A stretch of DNA of 64,000 bases from Nitrosomonadales bacterium (GCA_024642775.1 JAHEAL010000007.1:3761-67760); one strand, 5' to 3'; counted from the first letter of the stretch, positions 50,292 through 62,007 are shown. Notes: generated by a model from the letters alone, not told the origin. A program made the numbers and translations.

Positions 50292-51314
50292 TTGGAAGAA
50301 TTTTTTAAACTATATCTAGATCCACAATTAGCAAAGACTATATCTTTTCTTATCAAGATTATTTGTATAGTAATTCCTGTAATGATATCGGTTGCATACT
50401 TAACTTATTTTGAAAGAAGAGTTATTGGTTTTATGCAGTCAAGGATTGGGCCAAATCGTGTTGGATATTTTGGTTTATTGCAGCCTATAGCTGATGCAGT
50501 CAAACTGATGTTCAAAGAAATTATTCTTCCAACGAAGTCTAACAATTTCTTATTTTTTCTTGCACCGCTATTATCAATTGCTCCAGCCCTTGCTGCATGG
50601 GCAGTTATTCCATTCAATTCTGAATTGATTCTTGCGGATGTAAATGCAGGCTTGCTTTATGTGCTGGCGATGACTTCAATTGCCGTTTACGGAGTTATAA
50701 TTGCTGGATGGGCATCAAATTCAAAGTATGCATTTTTAGGTAGCATGAGGTCTGCTGCTCAGATTGTTTCATATGAAATTGCAATGGGGTTCACGCTGGT
50801 AGGTGTTTTAATGTGTGCTAACAGTTTGAATCTAGGTGATATTGTAATGGCACAATCCGGAGGCATATCCCAGTGGTACTGTTGGCCACTTTTCCCATTA
50901 TTTATTATTTACTTTATTAGCGCAGTAGCAGAAACAAATCGTGCCCCATTTGATGTTGCAGAAGGCGAATCTGAAATTGTTGCTGGGTTTCACGTAGAAT
51001 ATTCCGGAATGGCTTTTGCTCTATTTTTCTTGGCTGAGTACGCCAATATGATCTTAGTCAGCATTTTAGCCGTGATTATGTTTTTAGGAGGCTGGTTGTC
51101 TCCAGTCGGATTCATTCCTGACAGTATTATTTGGTTGTTAGCAAAAGTAGCATTTTTACTATTTTTCTTTTTATGGTTCAGAGCTACCTTCCCAAGGTAT
51201 CGTTATGATCAGATTATGAGGCTTGGGTGGAAAGTTTTTATTCCACTTACATTGGTATGGATAATTTTTGTTGGGGCGATGATGCAAACTGATTACGCGG
51301 AGTATTTCCACTAA
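50292..51314 (+). CDS. nuoH: NADH-quinone oxidoreductase subunit H
   Basis: 340 aa, polytopic. [18 protein letters not shown] and [15 protein letters not shown] motifs. TTG start abutting the nuoG TAG, after AAGGAG. Confidence 0.95.
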   Translation: MEEFFKLYLDPQLAKTISFLIKIICIVIPVMISVAYLTYFERRVIGFMQSRIGPNRVGYFGLLQPIADAVKLMFKEIILPTKSNNFLFFLAPLLSIAPALAAWAVIPFNSELILADVNAGLLYVLAMTSIAVYGVIIAGWASNSKYAFLGSMRSAAQIVSYEIAMGFTLVGVLMCANSLNLGDIVMAQSGGISQWYCWPLFPLFIIYFISAVAETNRAPFDVAEGESEIVAGFHVEYSGMAFALFFLAEYANMILVSILAVIMFLGGWLSPVGFIPDSIIWLLAKVAFLLFFFLWFRATFPRYRYDQIMRLGWKVFIPLTLVWIIFVGAMMQTDYAEYFH

Positions 51315-51805
51315 TGAAGAATTGGTTTATCAGTACGGTTAAAAGTTTATCTCTTTTTGAATTAATCAAAGGTTTATCTTTGACGGGTAGATATTTCTTT
51401 GCAAAAAAAATTACAATTCAATACCCCGAAGAAAAGACACCACAATCTCCTAGATTTAGAGGTTTGCATGCACTAAGAAGATATCCTAATGGCGAAGAAA
51501 GATGTATTGCATGTAAGCTGTGTGAAGCTGTATGTCCTGCTATGGCAATTACCATTGAATCTGAACAAAGACCAGATAACACAAGAAGAACAACCCGTTA
51601 TGACATTGATCTGACTAAGTGTATATTTTGTGGGTTTTGTGAAGAGTCATGCCCAGTCGATTCAATTGTCGAGACTAGAATTTTTGAATATCATGGAGAA
51701 GAGAGAGGGGATCTACTTTATACCAAAGATATGCTTCTAAAGGTTGGCGATAAGTATGAGAAACAAATTGCTATTGATCGAAAAAAAGAGGCTAAATTCC
51801 GATGA
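51314..51805 (+). CDS. nuoI: NADH-quinone oxidoreductase subunit I
   Basis: 163 aa. Two 4Fe-4S ferredoxin motifs [12 protein letters not shown] and [12 protein letters not shown]. Confidence 0.96.
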   Translation: MKNWFISTVKSLSLFELIKGLSLTGRYFFAKKITIQYPEEKTPQSPRFRGLHALRRYPNGEERCIACKLCEAVCPAMAITIESEQRPDNTRRTTRYDIDLTKCIFCGFCEESCPVDSIVETRIFEYHGEERGDLLYTKDMLLKVGDKYEKQIAIDRKKEAKFR

Positions 51806-52398
51806 TGCAATTTACTGATTATTTGTTTTATTTTTTTAGCAGTATTTTAGTGCTTTCATCTTTAAGAGTTATCACTGCCAATAATCCAGTCTATTCTGCA
51901 TTATCCCTTGTTCTGGCTTTCTTCAGCGCGGCAGGAATTTGGCTGCTTTTACATGCTGAATTTTTGGCTATTGCCCTTGTTCTTGTGTATGTAGGAGCGG
52001 TAATGGTTTTGTTTTTGTTTGTAGTTATGATGTTAGATATTAATACGGAAACATTGAAAAAAGGTTTTTGGAATTATTTGCCAATAGCTCTAATAATTTC
52101 TGGATTATTTATCTTTGAAATTTATCTAGTAGTCACTGATAAGTTCTTCTATGAGGCGAAAGTTCTAAGTGAAGATGCGACAAGCAATACAGAACTATTA
52201 GGTTCTGTACTTTATACTGACTACCTTCTTCCTTTTCAGATTGCTGCGGTTATTCTTTTAGTGGCAATAGTATCTGCGATTGCATTAACGATGTATGGAA
52301 AGAAATCCCATAAAGGTATTGATCCCAAAGATCAAATTAGAGTAGATAAAAAAGACCGAATTCGCATAGTAAAAATGAGCTCTGGGAAAACGAAATGA
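51802..52398 (+). CDS. nuoJ: NADH-quinone oxidoreductase subunit J
   Basis: 198 aa, 5 [18 protein letters not shown] motif. Confidence 0.9.
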   Translation: MMQFTDYLFYFFSSILVLSSLRVITANNPVYSALSLVLAFFSAAGIWLLLHAEFLAIALVLVYVGAVMVLFLFVVMMLDINTETLKKGFWNYLPIALIISGLFIFEIYLVVTDKFFYEAKVLSEDATSNTELLGSVLYTDYLLPFQIAAVILLVAIVSAIALTMYGKKSHKGIDPKDQIRVDKKDRIRIVKMSSGKTK

Positions 52399-52703
52399 TT
52401 GTTACCTTATCTCATTACTTATTTTTAGCTGGAATATTATTTTCAATAAGTATTTTAGGAATTTTTTTAAATCGAAAAAATATTATTTTAATTTTAATGG
52501 CTATTGAATTAATGTTGCTGGCGGTGAATATAAACTTCATTGCATTTAGTTATTACCTTGGGGATTTAGCTGGGCAAGTATTTGTATTTTTTATATTAAC
52601 AGTAGCAGCTGCAGAATCAGCTATAGGTCTTGCGATTATTATTTTAATATTTAGAAATTATCAATCTATTGATGTTGCTGATATAAATAGGTTAAAAGAA
52701 TGA
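52395..52703 (+). CDS. nuoK: NADH-quinone oxidoreductase subunit K
   Basis: 102 aa, 3 TM, conserved membrane glutamates ([18 protein letters not shown]). Confidence 0.93.
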   Translation: MIVTLSHYLFLAGILFSISILGIFLNRKNIILILMAIELMLLAVNINFIAFSYYLGDLAGQVFVFFILTVAAAESAIGLAIIILIFRNYQSIDVADINRLKE

Positions 52704-54682
52704 AATTGATAAATCTTTACTCACTTATTCCTATGGCGCCATTGTTGGCATCAGTTTTTATTGGCCTTTTTGGAAGAAAGTTACCAAAGCAGTTATCGCA
52801 CATTATTCCAATTTTTGGAGTATTTGTTAGCCTTCTTATCTCTTTATATGCACTCTATATTTCCGTTAATGGATATGTTTTTAATGAAAATCTTTTCAGA
52901 TGGATAACAGTTGGTCAGTATGATTTAAAAATTGGGTTTTTAATTGACAATTTATCTGCAATTATGATGGTCGTTGTAAGCTTTGTTTCATTAATGGTTC
53001 ATATTTATACAATTGGTTACATGAGAGATGATTCTGGTTACAGCCGATTTTTTAGCTTTATTTCGTTATTCACATTTGCAATGCTCATGTTGGTTATGAG
53101 TAACAATTTCTTACAGTTATTTTTTGGTTGGGAAGCGGTCGGCTTAGTCTCTTACTTGCTTATTGGGTTTTGGTATCAAAAACCAACAGCCATCCATGCC
53201 AATATGAAAGCTTTTTTGGTTAATCGTGTTGGTGACTTTGGATTTTTATTAGGTATATCATTAATCCTTTTTTGGTTTGGAACCCTAGATTATTATGAAG
53301 CCTTCAGCAGGATTAACAGCCTCTCCAATCAGAATGTAGTGTTATTTAATCAATCATTATCGTTAATGACATTAATTTCAATTTTATTATTTATTGGGGC
53401 TATGGGTAAATCAGCGCAAATCCCGTTACATGTTTGGCTTCCAGACTCCATGGAAGGACCAACTCCAATATCAGCTTTAATACATGCTGCGACGATGGTA
53501 ACTGCTGGAATATTTATGATCTCCAGGATGTCTCCGATCATTGAGCTCTCTGACACAGCCCTTTCTTTCATTTTAATTATTGGAAGTTTGACTGCATTGA
53601 CTATGGGAATATTGGGTATTTTTCAAAACGATATCAAAAAAGTTGTTGCTTATTCAACATTATCCCAATTAGGCTATATGACGATAGCCTTAGGTGTATC
53701 AAGTTACTCACTTGCAATCTTCCATTTATTTACTCATGCATTTTTTAAAGCTCTCTTATTTTTGGGTGCAGGTTCAGTCATCATTGGGATGCATCATGAT
53801 CAAGACATTCGTAATATGGGTAATATTAAAAAATATATGCCTATAACTTGGATAACTTTCTTAATAGGTACTTTGGCGCTGGTAGGGATGCCGTTTTTCT
53901 CAGGTTTCTTTTCCAAAGAATCCATTATCGATGCCGTTAAGTTAAGCAATCATTTCGGTTCTAATTTTGCTTATTTTTGTTCAGTTGCCGGAGTTTTTAT
54001 TACTTCTCTATATAGTTTTAGACTTTATCTTCTTGTTTTTCATGGAAAAGAAAATTGGAAAAAAAATAATACTTCAAAATCCATTGCACACCACGGGCTG
54101 AAGTCGAATCAAAACCCTCATGAATCTGATTGGGTGGTAACGGTTCCTTTGATACTACTTGCTATACCGTCCGTCATAATTGGTTATTTACTTATCAATC
54201 AGGTGATTACCACTGATCTTATCAATAAAACTGTTTTTATTGCTTCCGGCCATGATGCTTTTCTTAATTTGGCTGATCATTTTCATGGAGCCTTATCGAT
54301 GTCAATCCATGGTTTTTTAACACTGCCTTTTTGGTTAATGGTTGCTGGATTTTTTACCGCCTATTTTATTTTTTACAAAAAGTACATAAGGCTGACTGCA
54401 CCAAAATTTATAAATACTATTATCAATGCGAGATATGGTTTTGACACTCTAAACGAAAAAGTACTGGCACCACTAGTTTTATTTTTTGGTAATATTTTGT
54501 GGAAATTCTTCGATATTAAAATAATTGACAACATTTTAGTAAATGGGACTGCACGTTTAATAAATATTTTTTCACAAACAACAAAAAAAATTCAAACAGG
54601 ATATGTGTCTCAGTATGCCTTTTTTATGGTCTTGGGTCTTTTAGGTTTTGCTAGTTTTTTTATTATTGGGTGGATTAAATGA
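52700..54682 (+). CDS. nuoL: NADH-quinone oxidoreductase subunit L
   Basis: 660 aa antiporter-like subunit with a C-terminal lateral-helix region. [15 protein letters not shown] and HAATMVTAG motifs. Confidence 0.95.
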   Translation: MKLINLYSLIPMAPLLASVFIGLFGRKLPKQLSHIIPIFGVFVSLLISLYALYISVNGYVFNENLFRWITVGQYDLKIGFLIDNLSAIMMVVVSFVSLMVHIYTIGYMRDDSGYSRFFSFISLFTFAMLMLVMSNNFLQLFFGWEAVGLVSYLLIGFWYQKPTAIHANMKAFLVNRVGDFGFLLGISLILFWFGTLDYYEAFSRINSLSNQNVVLFNQSLSLMTLISILLFIGAMGKSAQIPLHVWLPDSMEGPTPISALIHAATMVTAGIFMISRMSPIIELSDTALSFILIIGSLTALTMGILGIFQNDIKKVVAYSTLSQLGYMTIALGVSSYSLAIFHLFTHAFFKALLFLGAGSVIIGMHHDQDIRNMGNIKKYMPITWITFLIGTLALVGMPFFSGFFSKESIIDAVKLSNHFGSNFAYFCSVAGVFITSLYSFRLYLLVFHGKENWKKNNTSKSIAHHGLKSNQNPHESDWVVTVPLILLAIPSVIIGYLLINQVITTDLINKTVFIASGHDAFLNLADHFHGALSMSIHGFLTLPFWLMVAGFFTAYFIFYKKYIRLTAPKFINTIINARYGFDTLNEKVLAPLVLFFGNILWKFFDIKIIDNILVNGTARLINIFSQTTKKIQTGYVSQYAFFMVLGLLGFASFFIIGWIK

Positions 54683-56151
54683 GTCTTTTATCACTAGCAA
54701 TTTGGACACCTATTTTTTTAGGATTTTTTCTACTCGTTATTAATACCAAAATTTCTAATACTGTTACTTATTTGCTTGGTAATTTATTTGGGCTTATTTC
54801 ATTCTTCATTACACTTTATTTGTATTTTTTATTTGATAAATCTGTTCAAGGATTTCAGTTTCAAGAATTTGCTCCATGGATTAATTACTATTCAATCAAT
54901 TACCATGTTGGTATGGATGGAATTTCCTTACCATTGATTTTATTGACTAGCTTAATTTCATGGTTGGTAATTTTTATTTCTTCAAACTCAGTTAAAAAAT
55001 CATTAGCCTTTTATATCGCTTCTTTTTTAATTTTATCCGGTTTAATGATTGGTGTTTTTCTTTCTTTAGATGCTATTTTGTATTATATTTTCTGGGAAGC
55101 GATGCTTATACCTATGTTTTTACTGATTGGTATATGGGGTGGTCCTAATAGAGTCTATGCAACTATTAAGTTTTTTCTTTATACGGTGCTAGGTTCATTA
55201 TTCATGTTGATCGCATTTATTTATCTTTATACTCAGACAGGAAGCTTTTCTGTAATAGATTACTATGACAAAACTCTTACTCTTACCCATCAAGTATTAA
55301 TATTTTTAGCTTTTTTTATGGCGTTTGCTGTAAAAATACCAATGTGGCCTGTTCATACTTGGTTACCGGACGCGCACGTTGAGGCTCCAACTGGAGGGTC
55401 TGTAATTCTTGCGGCTATTATGCTTAAATTAGGGGGTTATAGCTTTATTAGATTTGCTTTGCCTATTGCGCCCGATGCAGCAATTTATTTAAAACCTTTT
55501 CTCGTAACTTTGTCATTGATTGCGATTGTTTATATTGCTTTAGTTGCTATCGTACAAACAGACATGAAAAAACTGATAGCTTATTCCTCAATTTCGCATA
55601 TGGGTTTTGTAACACTAGGGTTATTTATGCTCAATCCTCTAGGTTTTGAGGGGGGTTATATTCAAATGATTTCTCATGGATTTATTTCAGCAGCATTGTT
55701 TTTTGCAATTGGTGTACTTTATGATCGGATGCACACTAGAGATATCAGTGCTTATGGAGGGGTGATTAATAAAATGCCAATTTTTGGAGCGTTCTTTGTT
55801 TTGTTTGCCATGGCAAATTCAGGACTTCCTGGCACCTCTGGATTTGTTGGTGAATTTATGGTGATTCTTGGTGCCATGCAAGAGAATTTTTGGATAGCTT
55901 TGTTTGCATCATTAACGCTAATTTTTGGTGCAACATACTCATTATGGCTGGTAAAGCGAATTATTTTCGGTGTTGTGAAGGATGAGCAGAATAATGCCTT
56001 ATTTGACTTGAATGCAAAAGAATTTTTTGTGATGGCCTTGCTTGCCATTTTAACACTTCTGATTGGTGTTTATCCTGCAATCATTTCTGACATCACCAAT
56101 CAATCTTCAGCAGTTATTATGGACTTAATTCAGCAGTCCAAGCTACCATGA
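54679..56151 (+). CDS. nuoM: NADH-quinone oxidoreductase subunit M
   Basis: 490 aa antiporter-like subunit. WLPDAHVEAPTGGSV motif. Confidence 0.95.
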   Translation: MSLLSLAIWTPIFLGFFLLVINTKISNTVTYLLGNLFGLISFFITLYLYFLFDKSVQGFQFQEFAPWINYYSINYHVGMDGISLPLILLTSLISWLVIFISSNSVKKSLAFYIASFLILSGLMIGVFLSLDAILYYIFWEAMLIPMFLLIGIWGGPNRVYATIKFFLYTVLGSLFMLIAFIYLYTQTGSFSVIDYYDKTLTLTHQVLIFLAFFMAFAVKIPMWPVHTWLPDAHVEAPTGGSVILAAIMLKLGGYSFIRFALPIAPDAAIYLKPFLVTLSLIAIVYIALVAIVQTDMKKLIAYSSISHMGFVTLGLFMLNPLGFEGGYIQMISHGFISAALFFAIGVLYDRMHTRDISAYGGVINKMPIFGAFFVLFAMANSGLPGTSGFVGEFMVILGAMQENFWIALFASLTLIFGATYSLWLVKRIIFGVVKDEQNNALFDLNAKEFFVMALLAILTLLIGVYPAIISDITNQSSAVIMDLIQQSKLP

Positions 56152-56164
56152 TGAGGCAAGTCTA

Positions 56165-57610
56165 ATGACAAATATTTTTTCAGTCGCTCTTCCAGAAATA
56201 ATTATTTTAATCTCCGCGATGAGTGTTCTTCTATTAGGTGTTTACTTTAATAATAAAAATTCAACTTCACTTTTTGGAATTACACAATTAACTTTATTAT
56301 TGTCAGCTTATTTTACTGCTCAGCTTCCAATGGATTCTAAGCTATTGGCTTTTGGTGGTATGTTTATTTCTGATAGCTTGTCAATATATCTAAAACTTCT
56401 GAGTTACTTTAGCTTATCCTTAGTTTTAATTTACAGTAAAGATTTTCTCTTTCAAAAAAAATTATTAACAGGTGAATTCTTTTCGCTGACTCTTTTTGCT
56501 TTATTGGGGATAAATCTTATTATCTCCTCCTTTAATCTTCTCACTGTATATATGGGTATTGAGTTGTTATCTTTAAGTCTTTATACCTTAGTTGCAATTG
56601 ATAGAAAAAATAAAGAAGCATCAGAGGCTGCTTTAAAGTATTTTATTCTTGGTGCTGTTGCATCAGGATTTCTTTTGTATGGGTTTTCTATGGTATACGG
56701 ATTAACTGGAACACTCGCAATAGATGAAATATCTCAACAATTAATGGATGCGCAAGCAAGTTCTTTTGTTTTTTCATTTGCATTGGTATTTATCACAGTG
56801 GGTATCGCTTTTAAGTTTGGGGCAGCTCCATTTCAATTGTGGGTACCAGATGTTTATCAAGGGTCTTCAACGCCAATTACAATGTTTATTGGATCAGTTC
56901 CAAAATTTGCATCCATGGCTATGTTGATAAGACTACTTTATCAGTCAATGGATTACTATGTTATCGATTGGCAATCCATGTTACTGATTATGGCTATCAT
57001 TTCGATGCTCTTAGGAAATATAACGGCAATTGCTCAAGTAAAAATTAAGCGACTTTTAGCCTATTCGGCCATATCTCATGTCGGGTTCATATTTTTAGGA
57101 TTAGCGACAGGCGCGGTCACAGGAATTGCCTCAGCTTTGTTTTATGTTTCAGCTTATATGTTAATGACCTTAGCTTCGTTTGGGATTATTATCATTTTAT
57201 CCAATCAGAAAAAAAATGAAATTATTGAGATTAATGACTTGGCTGGTCTAGCAAAAGAGAAGCCTTGGATGGCGTTTCTTTTATTGATCACTTTTCTGAG
57301 CTTGGCGGGGATTCCCCCAACCATTGGATTTTATGCAAAATTTTCTGTGATTCAGTCCGTTATTCAGTTTGGGTGGGTTTGGCCAGCTGTAATAGCAATA
57401 ATATCAGCATTGATTGGGATGTATTATTATCTGAAGATCATTAAAATTGCGTATTTTGATGATCCAAATTCTGATAAAAAATTTGTTAAACAACAAAATT
57501 TCGAATTTACAATAACGCTTAGTATAAATGTAATGGCTATTATTTTAATTGGTTTGTTTCCAGAATTCTTGCTAGACATAACTACATTGACATCAATATT
57601 GATTTTTTAA
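56165..57610 (+). CDS. nuoN: NADH-quinone oxidoreductase subunit N
   Basis: 481 aa antiporter-like subunit. KFGAAPFQLWVPDVYQGSSTP motif. Confidence 0.95.
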   Translation: MTNIFSVALPEIIILISAMSVLLLGVYFNNKNSTSLFGITQLTLLLSAYFTAQLPMDSKLLAFGGMFISDSLSIYLKLLSYFSLSLVLIYSKDFLFQKKLLTGEFFSLTLFALLGINLIISSFNLLTVYMGIELLSLSLYTLVAIDRKNKEASEAALKYFILGAVASGFLLYGFSMVYGLTGTLAIDEISQQLMDAQASSFVFSFALVFITVGIAFKFGAAPFQLWVPDVYQGSSTPITMFIGSVPKFASMAMLIRLLYQSMDYYVIDWQSMLLIMAIISMLLGNITAIAQVKIKRLLAYSAISHVGFIFLGLATGAVTGIASALFYVSAYMLMTLASFGIIIILSNQKKNEIIEINDLAGLAKEKPWMAFLLLITFLSLAGIPPTIGFYAKFSVIQSVIQFGWVWPAVIAIISALIGMYYYLKIIKIAYFDDPNSDKKFVKQQNFEFTITLSINVMAIILIGLFPEFLLDITTLTSILIF

Positions 57611-57889
57611 ATGACCCTACTACTGACAATTTTATTAATGTTATTTTTATCAAATTTACCTTGGATGAATGATAAATTTTTAATTTTCATTAATATCAAA
57701 AAAAATTTATTAGTTATATTCTGTGAGATTCTTATTTATTTCTTAATATTTCGAGTAGTCACATTTTTTCTGGAGTTATCTATTTACGGAAATGCACATA
57801 GTCAAGATTGGCAATTTTATGCTGCATTGCTTTCTCTTTTTTATGTTTCAAGCTCACCAGGTTTTATTGTTAAAGTCTTGTGGAAATAA
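57611..57889 (+). CDS. DUF2818-like small membrane protein following nuoN
   Basis: 92 aa, 3 TM. The ATG abuts the nuoN TAA. C-terminal QDWQFYAALLSLFYVSSSPGFIV resembles the DUF2818 protein that follows nuoN in other Betaproteobacteria (from memory). Confidence 0.6.
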   Translation: MTLLLTILLMLFLSNLPWMNDKFLIFINIKKNLLVIFCEILIYFLIFRVVTFFLELSIYGNAHSQDWQFYAALLSLFYVSSSPGFIVKVLWK

Positions 57890-58740
57890 CTAATCCTAAA
57901 ATCTTAATTATTGGTTGTGGCAAGCTCGGGAATCTTATTGGAAATTATTGTTTAAATAATTTAAATTTAGAGACTATTGGAATTAGAAGAAATCCTGCTC
58001 AAGGCTCAAACCTTCAAATGCTTGCAATTGATATATTTGCTGATGAATTTGAAGTTTTTACTCAAAACATAAATCCAGAATTTGTTATCTACTCGGCAAC
58101 ACCTGGAAACCAAGATAAACAAACCTATCAAAAAATTTATTATGACGGACTCACTAGAGCATACTCATTTTTAAATAAAAAAAATTTAAAAAAATTTATT
58201 TTTACTTCAAGCACGCGTGTTTTTAACGGCAATCCTGAAGGAAATTTAATCGATGACTCAACTCAGCCCAAACCTAATGATGCAAATGGTGAAATCTTAG
58301 CTGAGGCTGAGAAATTTTTAATAAACAAAACCAATACCTTAATTGCTCGATTAACAGGCATATATGGCTGTGAGCGTCAGATGATGATTAAGCTTGCTAA
58401 AAACCCAAGCTCTTGGCCTAAGAATAGATTCACTAATCGTATCTACGATGAAGATGCTGCCAACATAATAGGCTTGATTATTAGTCAATTAAATTCTGGA
58501 TCCAGTCTTTATAAGATTCCCAATGTTATTAATATTACAGATTCCCAGGTGAGTGACTTATATTCAGTTCTCAATTTCATAAGAGAAAGATTAAATTTAT
58601 CGAGGATAGAATTAAACTCCTCAGGCAATATTAGTGGAAAACAAATCAAATCATCATTTCTTCTAGAAAATATGATTAAACATATCAAATTTCCTGATTA
58701 TCAGTCAGGCTATGAGCACATTTTAAAGAGCTTTAATTAG
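57880..58740 (+). CDS. NAD(P)-binding Rossmann / extended-SDR (epimerase-like) fold protein, probably non-catalytic
   Basis: 286 aa. N-terminal ILIIGCGKLG and FIFTSSTRVF strand. Where extended SDRs carry Y-G-x-S-K, this protein reads N-G-E-I-L (alignment by eye). GTG start overlaps the upstream ORF by 10 nt. Confidence 0.65.
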   Translation: MEITNPKILIIGCGKLGNLIGNYCLNNLNLETIGIRRNPAQGSNLQMLAIDIFADEFEVFTQNINPEFVIYSATPGNQDKQTYQKIYYDGLTRAYSFLNKKNLKKFIFTSSTRVFNGNPEGNLIDDSTQPKPNDANGEILAEAEKFLINKTNTLIARLTGIYGCERQMMIKLAKNPSSWPKNRFTNRIYDEDAANIIGLIISQLNSGSSLYKIPNVINITDSQVSDLYSVLNFIRERLNLSRIELNSSGNISGKQIKSSFLLENMIKHIKFPDYQSGYEHILKSFN

Positions 58741-58801
58741 AAGTTAATTCGTTGCTCATATAGTTGGGTTGATATAAAATAGGCGATTGTTTTAAAACAA
58801 T

Positions 58802-58878
58802 AGGCGCGTAGCTCAGTTGGTTAGAGCACCACCTTGACATGGTGGGGGTCGTTGGTTCGAATCCAATCGCGCCTACCA
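58802..58878 (+). tRNA. tRNA-Val (anticodon GAC)
   Basis: 77 nt. Acceptor AGGCGCG/CGCGCCT, anticodon arm CCACC-TTGACAT-GGTGG, T-loop TTCGAAT, encoded CCA. Confidence 0.94.
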
Positions 58879-58890
58879 AATATTAATAAC

Positions 58891-60798
58891 ATGATAAAAA
58901 TAACACTACCAGATTCATCAGTAAGAGAATTTAATGATTCAGTCTCAGTGTCTGATATTGCTTTTGATATCGGAGAGGGTTTGGGTCGTGCTGCAATTGC
59001 CGGTCAAGTGGATGGGGTGTTAGTTGACCTTTCTCATGAGATTAATCAAGACGCATTGGTTTCCATTATTACAGCTAAAAACCCAGAGGGGCTTGATATT
59101 ATTCGGCACTCAACTGCCCATCTATTAGCTTACGCTGTAAAAGAACTTTTCCCTGAAGCTCAGGTTACAATTGGCCCAACTATTCAAGATGGTTTTTATT
59201 ATGACTTTTCATACCACCGAGCATTTACTCCAGAGGATTTAATAAGTATCGAAAAGAAAATGACCGAACTGGTTAAAAATGACTATCCAGTCCGTCGTGA
59301 GGTGATGGCGCGAGATAAGGCAATTGATTTTTTTAAAAACCAAGGTGAGCACTATAAAGCTGAGTTAATTTCCTCAATTCCCAAAGAAGAAGAAGTTACT
59401 ATTTACCATGAAGGTGATTTTTCCGATCTTTGCAGAGGACCTCACGTTCCCTCAACTGGTAAATTAAAAGTTTTTAAACTCATGAAGGTTGCGGGTGCCT
59501 ATTGGAGAGGTAATTCTGAAAATGAAATGCTTCAAAGAATTTATGGAACGGCATGGGCGACAAAAGATGACCTTAAAGATTACCTTCATCGCTTAGAAGA
59601 GGCTGAAAAAAGAGACCACAGAAAACTAGGTAAACAGTTAGACTTGTTTCATATTCAAGATAATGCACCGGGTATGGTTTTTTGGCACGCCAAGGGATGG
59701 TCATTGTGGCAGTCAATTGAAGATTACATGAGAAGCAAATTTAAAGAATATAATTATCAAGAGATAAAAACCCCAACTGTTTTAGATAAAACCTTATGGG
59801 AAAAGTCTGGGCACTGGGAAAATTATCACGAGAATATGTTCGTTACCTCATCTGAAAATAGAGAGTACGCGGTCAAGCCAATGAACTGCCCAGGGCATGT
59901 TCAAGTTTTTAATCACAACCTTCATAGTTACCGTGAGCTTCCGTTAAGACTTGCTGAATTTGGTTCTTGTCATAGAAATGAACCATCGGGTGCATTACAT
60001 GGGTTAATGCGTGTAAGAGGTTTTACCCAGGATGACGCGCATATTTTTTGTACTGAAGAGCAAATATTAGATGAGGTGATTGATTTTAATAGAATGTTGA
60101 CTGAGACCTATAATGATTTTGGTTTTAAAGATATTGAGGTCAAATTATCAACAAGACCGGAAAAACGTGTTGGATCAGATGAGGTGTGGGATAAAGCCGA
60201 AGAATCTTTAGAGAAGGCATTAAAAGCAACTGGTCTTTCTTATGAAATTCAACCAGGTGAGGGTGCTTTTTATGGGCCTAAAATAGAATATATTTTAAGA
60301 GATAGTCTAAATAGGCTGTGGCAATGTGGAACTATACAATTAGATTTTAACCTTCCTGTTCGATTGAATGCAGAGTACGTCGATGAGAACAGCAATAAAA
60401 AGCATCCAGTTATGCTTCATCGCGCAATTGTGGGATCAATGGAGCGGTTTATTGGTATTTTAATCGAACACTATGCAGCAAAATTTCCTGTATGGCTTGC
60501 CCCAACTCAGGTGGTGGCTTTAAATATCTCAGATTCTCAATCTAACTATGTTTTAGAAGTAATTGAATCTCTTAAGAAAAAAGGGATTAAATGCGATTCG
60601 GACTTGAGAAATGAAAAGATTACCTATAAAATACGCGAACATAGTATTTTGCGAGTTCCCTACTTATTAGTTATTGGTGACCGTGAAATGGAAAACAAAC
60701 AAGTTGCCGTCAGAACTCAACAAGGTGAAGACTTAGGGGTTATGAGTCTTTCAGATTTTTCGGATCTAGTAATTTCGAAGATCAATGAGAAAAATTAG
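58891..60798 (+). CDS. thrS: Threonine--tRNA ligase
   Basis: TGS N-domain start [14 protein letters not shown], editing domain HSTAHLLA, class II core. The ORF-track start (58834) lies inside tRNA-Val and is rejected. Confidence 0.95.
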   Translation: MIKITLPDSSVREFNDSVSVSDIAFDIGEGLGRAAIAGQVDGVLVDLSHEINQDALVSIITAKNPEGLDIIRHSTAHLLAYAVKELFPEAQVTIGPTIQDGFYYDFSYHRAFTPEDLISIEKKMTELVKNDYPVRREVMARDKAIDFFKNQGEHYKAELISSIPKEEEVTIYHEGDFSDLCRGPHVPSTGKLKVFKLMKVAGAYWRGNSENEMLQRIYGTAWATKDDLKDYLHRLEEAEKRDHRKLGKQLDLFHIQDNAPGMVFWHAKGWSLWQSIEDYMRSKFKEYNYQEIKTPTVLDKTLWEKSGHWENYHENMFVTSSENREYAVKPMNCPGHVQVFNHNLHSYRELPLRLAEFGSCHRNEPSGALHGLMRVRGFTQDDAHIFCTEEQILDEVIDFNRMLTETYNDFGFKDIEVKLSTRPEKRVGSDEVWDKAEESLEKALKATGLSYEIQPGEGAFYGPKIEYILRDSLNRLWQCGTIQLDFNLPVRLNAEYVDENSNKKHPVMLHRAIVGSMERFIGILIEHYAAKFPVWLAPTQVVALNISDSQSNYVLEVIESLKKKGIKCDSDLRNEKITYKIREHSILRVPYLLVIGDREMENKQVAVRTQQGEDLGVMSLSDFSDLVISKINEKN

Positions 60799-60837
60799 TA
60801 TTGTGGGTAGACGGTTATTTTATTTAGGGGTTAAAGC

Positions 60838-61401
60838 ATAGCACAATCAAAAGACGCGAGAATCAACGGGGATATAACTGCTCAAGAGATTCGATTAGTT
60901 GGTGTTGAAGGTGAAGCACTGGGAGTAGTAAGCTTGTCTGAAGGATTGGATAAAGCAGCTGAGTTTGAGACTGATTTAGTTGAGATTGCGCCTAAAGCAG
61001 AACCGCCTGTTTGCCGCTTGATGGATTATGGGAAGTTTAAGTACGCTCAAAGTAAAAAACTTCATGAAGCGAGAATGAAACAGAAGCAGGTTCAGGTTAA
61101 AGAAGTCAAATTTAGACCTGGAACCGATGACGGTGATTACAATGTTAAGATCCGCAATTTAATTAGATTTTTGACTGATGGCGACAAAGCTAAAGTGACA
61201 TTACGCTTTAGGGGAAGAGAGATTGCTCATCAGCAACTTGGCATGGCTTTATTAAAGCGTGTTGAGACAGATTTAGAGGAATATGCAATAGTTGAGCAAT
61301 TCCCTAAAATGGAAGGCCGTCAAATGGTAATGGTGTTAACACCAAACAAAAAACCAAAAAAGGCTGAAAAGAAGAAAGAAGAAAACGATACGGCTAATTA
61401 G
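60838..61401 (+). CDS. infC: Translation initiation factor IF-3, non-canonical (ATA) start
   Basis: The conserved N-terminus [27 protein letters not shown] lies upstream of the first ATG/GTG/TTG (60934). The frame opens after TAA at 60832..60834. ATA at 60838 lies 7 nt after AGGGG; ATC at 60862 is the alternative. Confidence 0.9.
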   Translation: MAQSKDARINGDITAQEIRLVGVEGEALGVVSLSEGLDKAAEFETDLVEIAPKAEPPVCRLMDYGKFKYAQSKKLHEARMKQKQVQVKEVKFRPGTDDGDYNVKIRNLIRFLTDGDKAKVTLRFRGREIAHQQLGMALLKRVETDLEEYAIVEQFPKMEGRQMVMVLTPNKKPKKAEKKKEENDTAN

Positions 61402-61436
61402 GCATGCCCAAGCGTTTCTAATAATAGGAGAAAAAA

Positions 61437-61634
61437 ATGCCAAAAATGAAAACTAAAAGTGGAGCAAAAAAACGCTTCAAATTTCTAGGAAGTGGTGCTA
61501 TCAAGCGTACCCATTCTCATCTTCGTCATATTTTGACCAAGAAAACAACCAAACAAAAGAGACATCTTCGTGGTACTGAAATCATATCTCCAACCGATGT
61601 GAAACGTGTACGTTCAATGATGCCAACTCAATAG
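61437..61634 (+). CDS. rpmI: 50S ribosomal protein L35
   Basis: 65 aa. [16 protein letters not shown]-terminus. Confidence 0.96.
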   Translation: MPKMKTKSGAKKRFKFLGSGAIKRTHSHLRHILTKKTTKQKRHLRGTEIISPTDVKRVRSMMPTQ

Positions 61635-61647
61635 TAAGGAGAATAGA

Positions 61648-62007
61648 ATGCCTAGAGTAAAAAGAGGGGTAACAGCCCGAGCAAAACATAAAAAAGTCCT
61701 CAATGCCGCAAAAGGTTATCGAGGAAGAAGAAGTAATGTCTACCGCGTAGCAAAAGAAGCAGTAATGAAAGCTGGTCAGTATGCTTATCGTGACAGACGC
61801 CAGAAGAAAAGACAGTTTAGAATTCTTTGGATTGCCAGAATTAATGCTGGTGCTCGCGAATTCGGCCTGACTTATAGCCGTTTAATCAATGGACTAAAAA
61901 AAGCGTCTGTTGAAGTAGATCGTAAAGTTCTTGCGGATTTGGCTATTTTTGACAAAGCAGCGTTTCAAAAATATGCTGAGTTGGCAAAATCCAAAATTGG
62001 AGCCTAA
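61648..62007 (+). CDS. rplT: 50S ribosomal protein L20
   Basis: 119 aa. [19 protein letters not shown]-terminus. Confidence 0.96.
   Translation: MPRVKRGVTARAKHKKVLNAAKGYRGRRSNVYRVAKEAVMKAGQYAYRDRRQKKRQFRILWIARINAGAREFGLTYSRLINGLKKASVEVDRKVLADLAIFDKAAFQKYAELAKSKIGA

Noticed and set aside
61330-61401. Lysine-rich C-terminal tails (IF3 [14 protein letters not shown], the FtsH tail, the SecG acidic tail) as signs of frameshift errors.
   Set aside because: The frames are continuous with conserved upstream domains and end at normal stops. Such tails are common lineage-specific extensions. Only the much longer BamE tail is reported.
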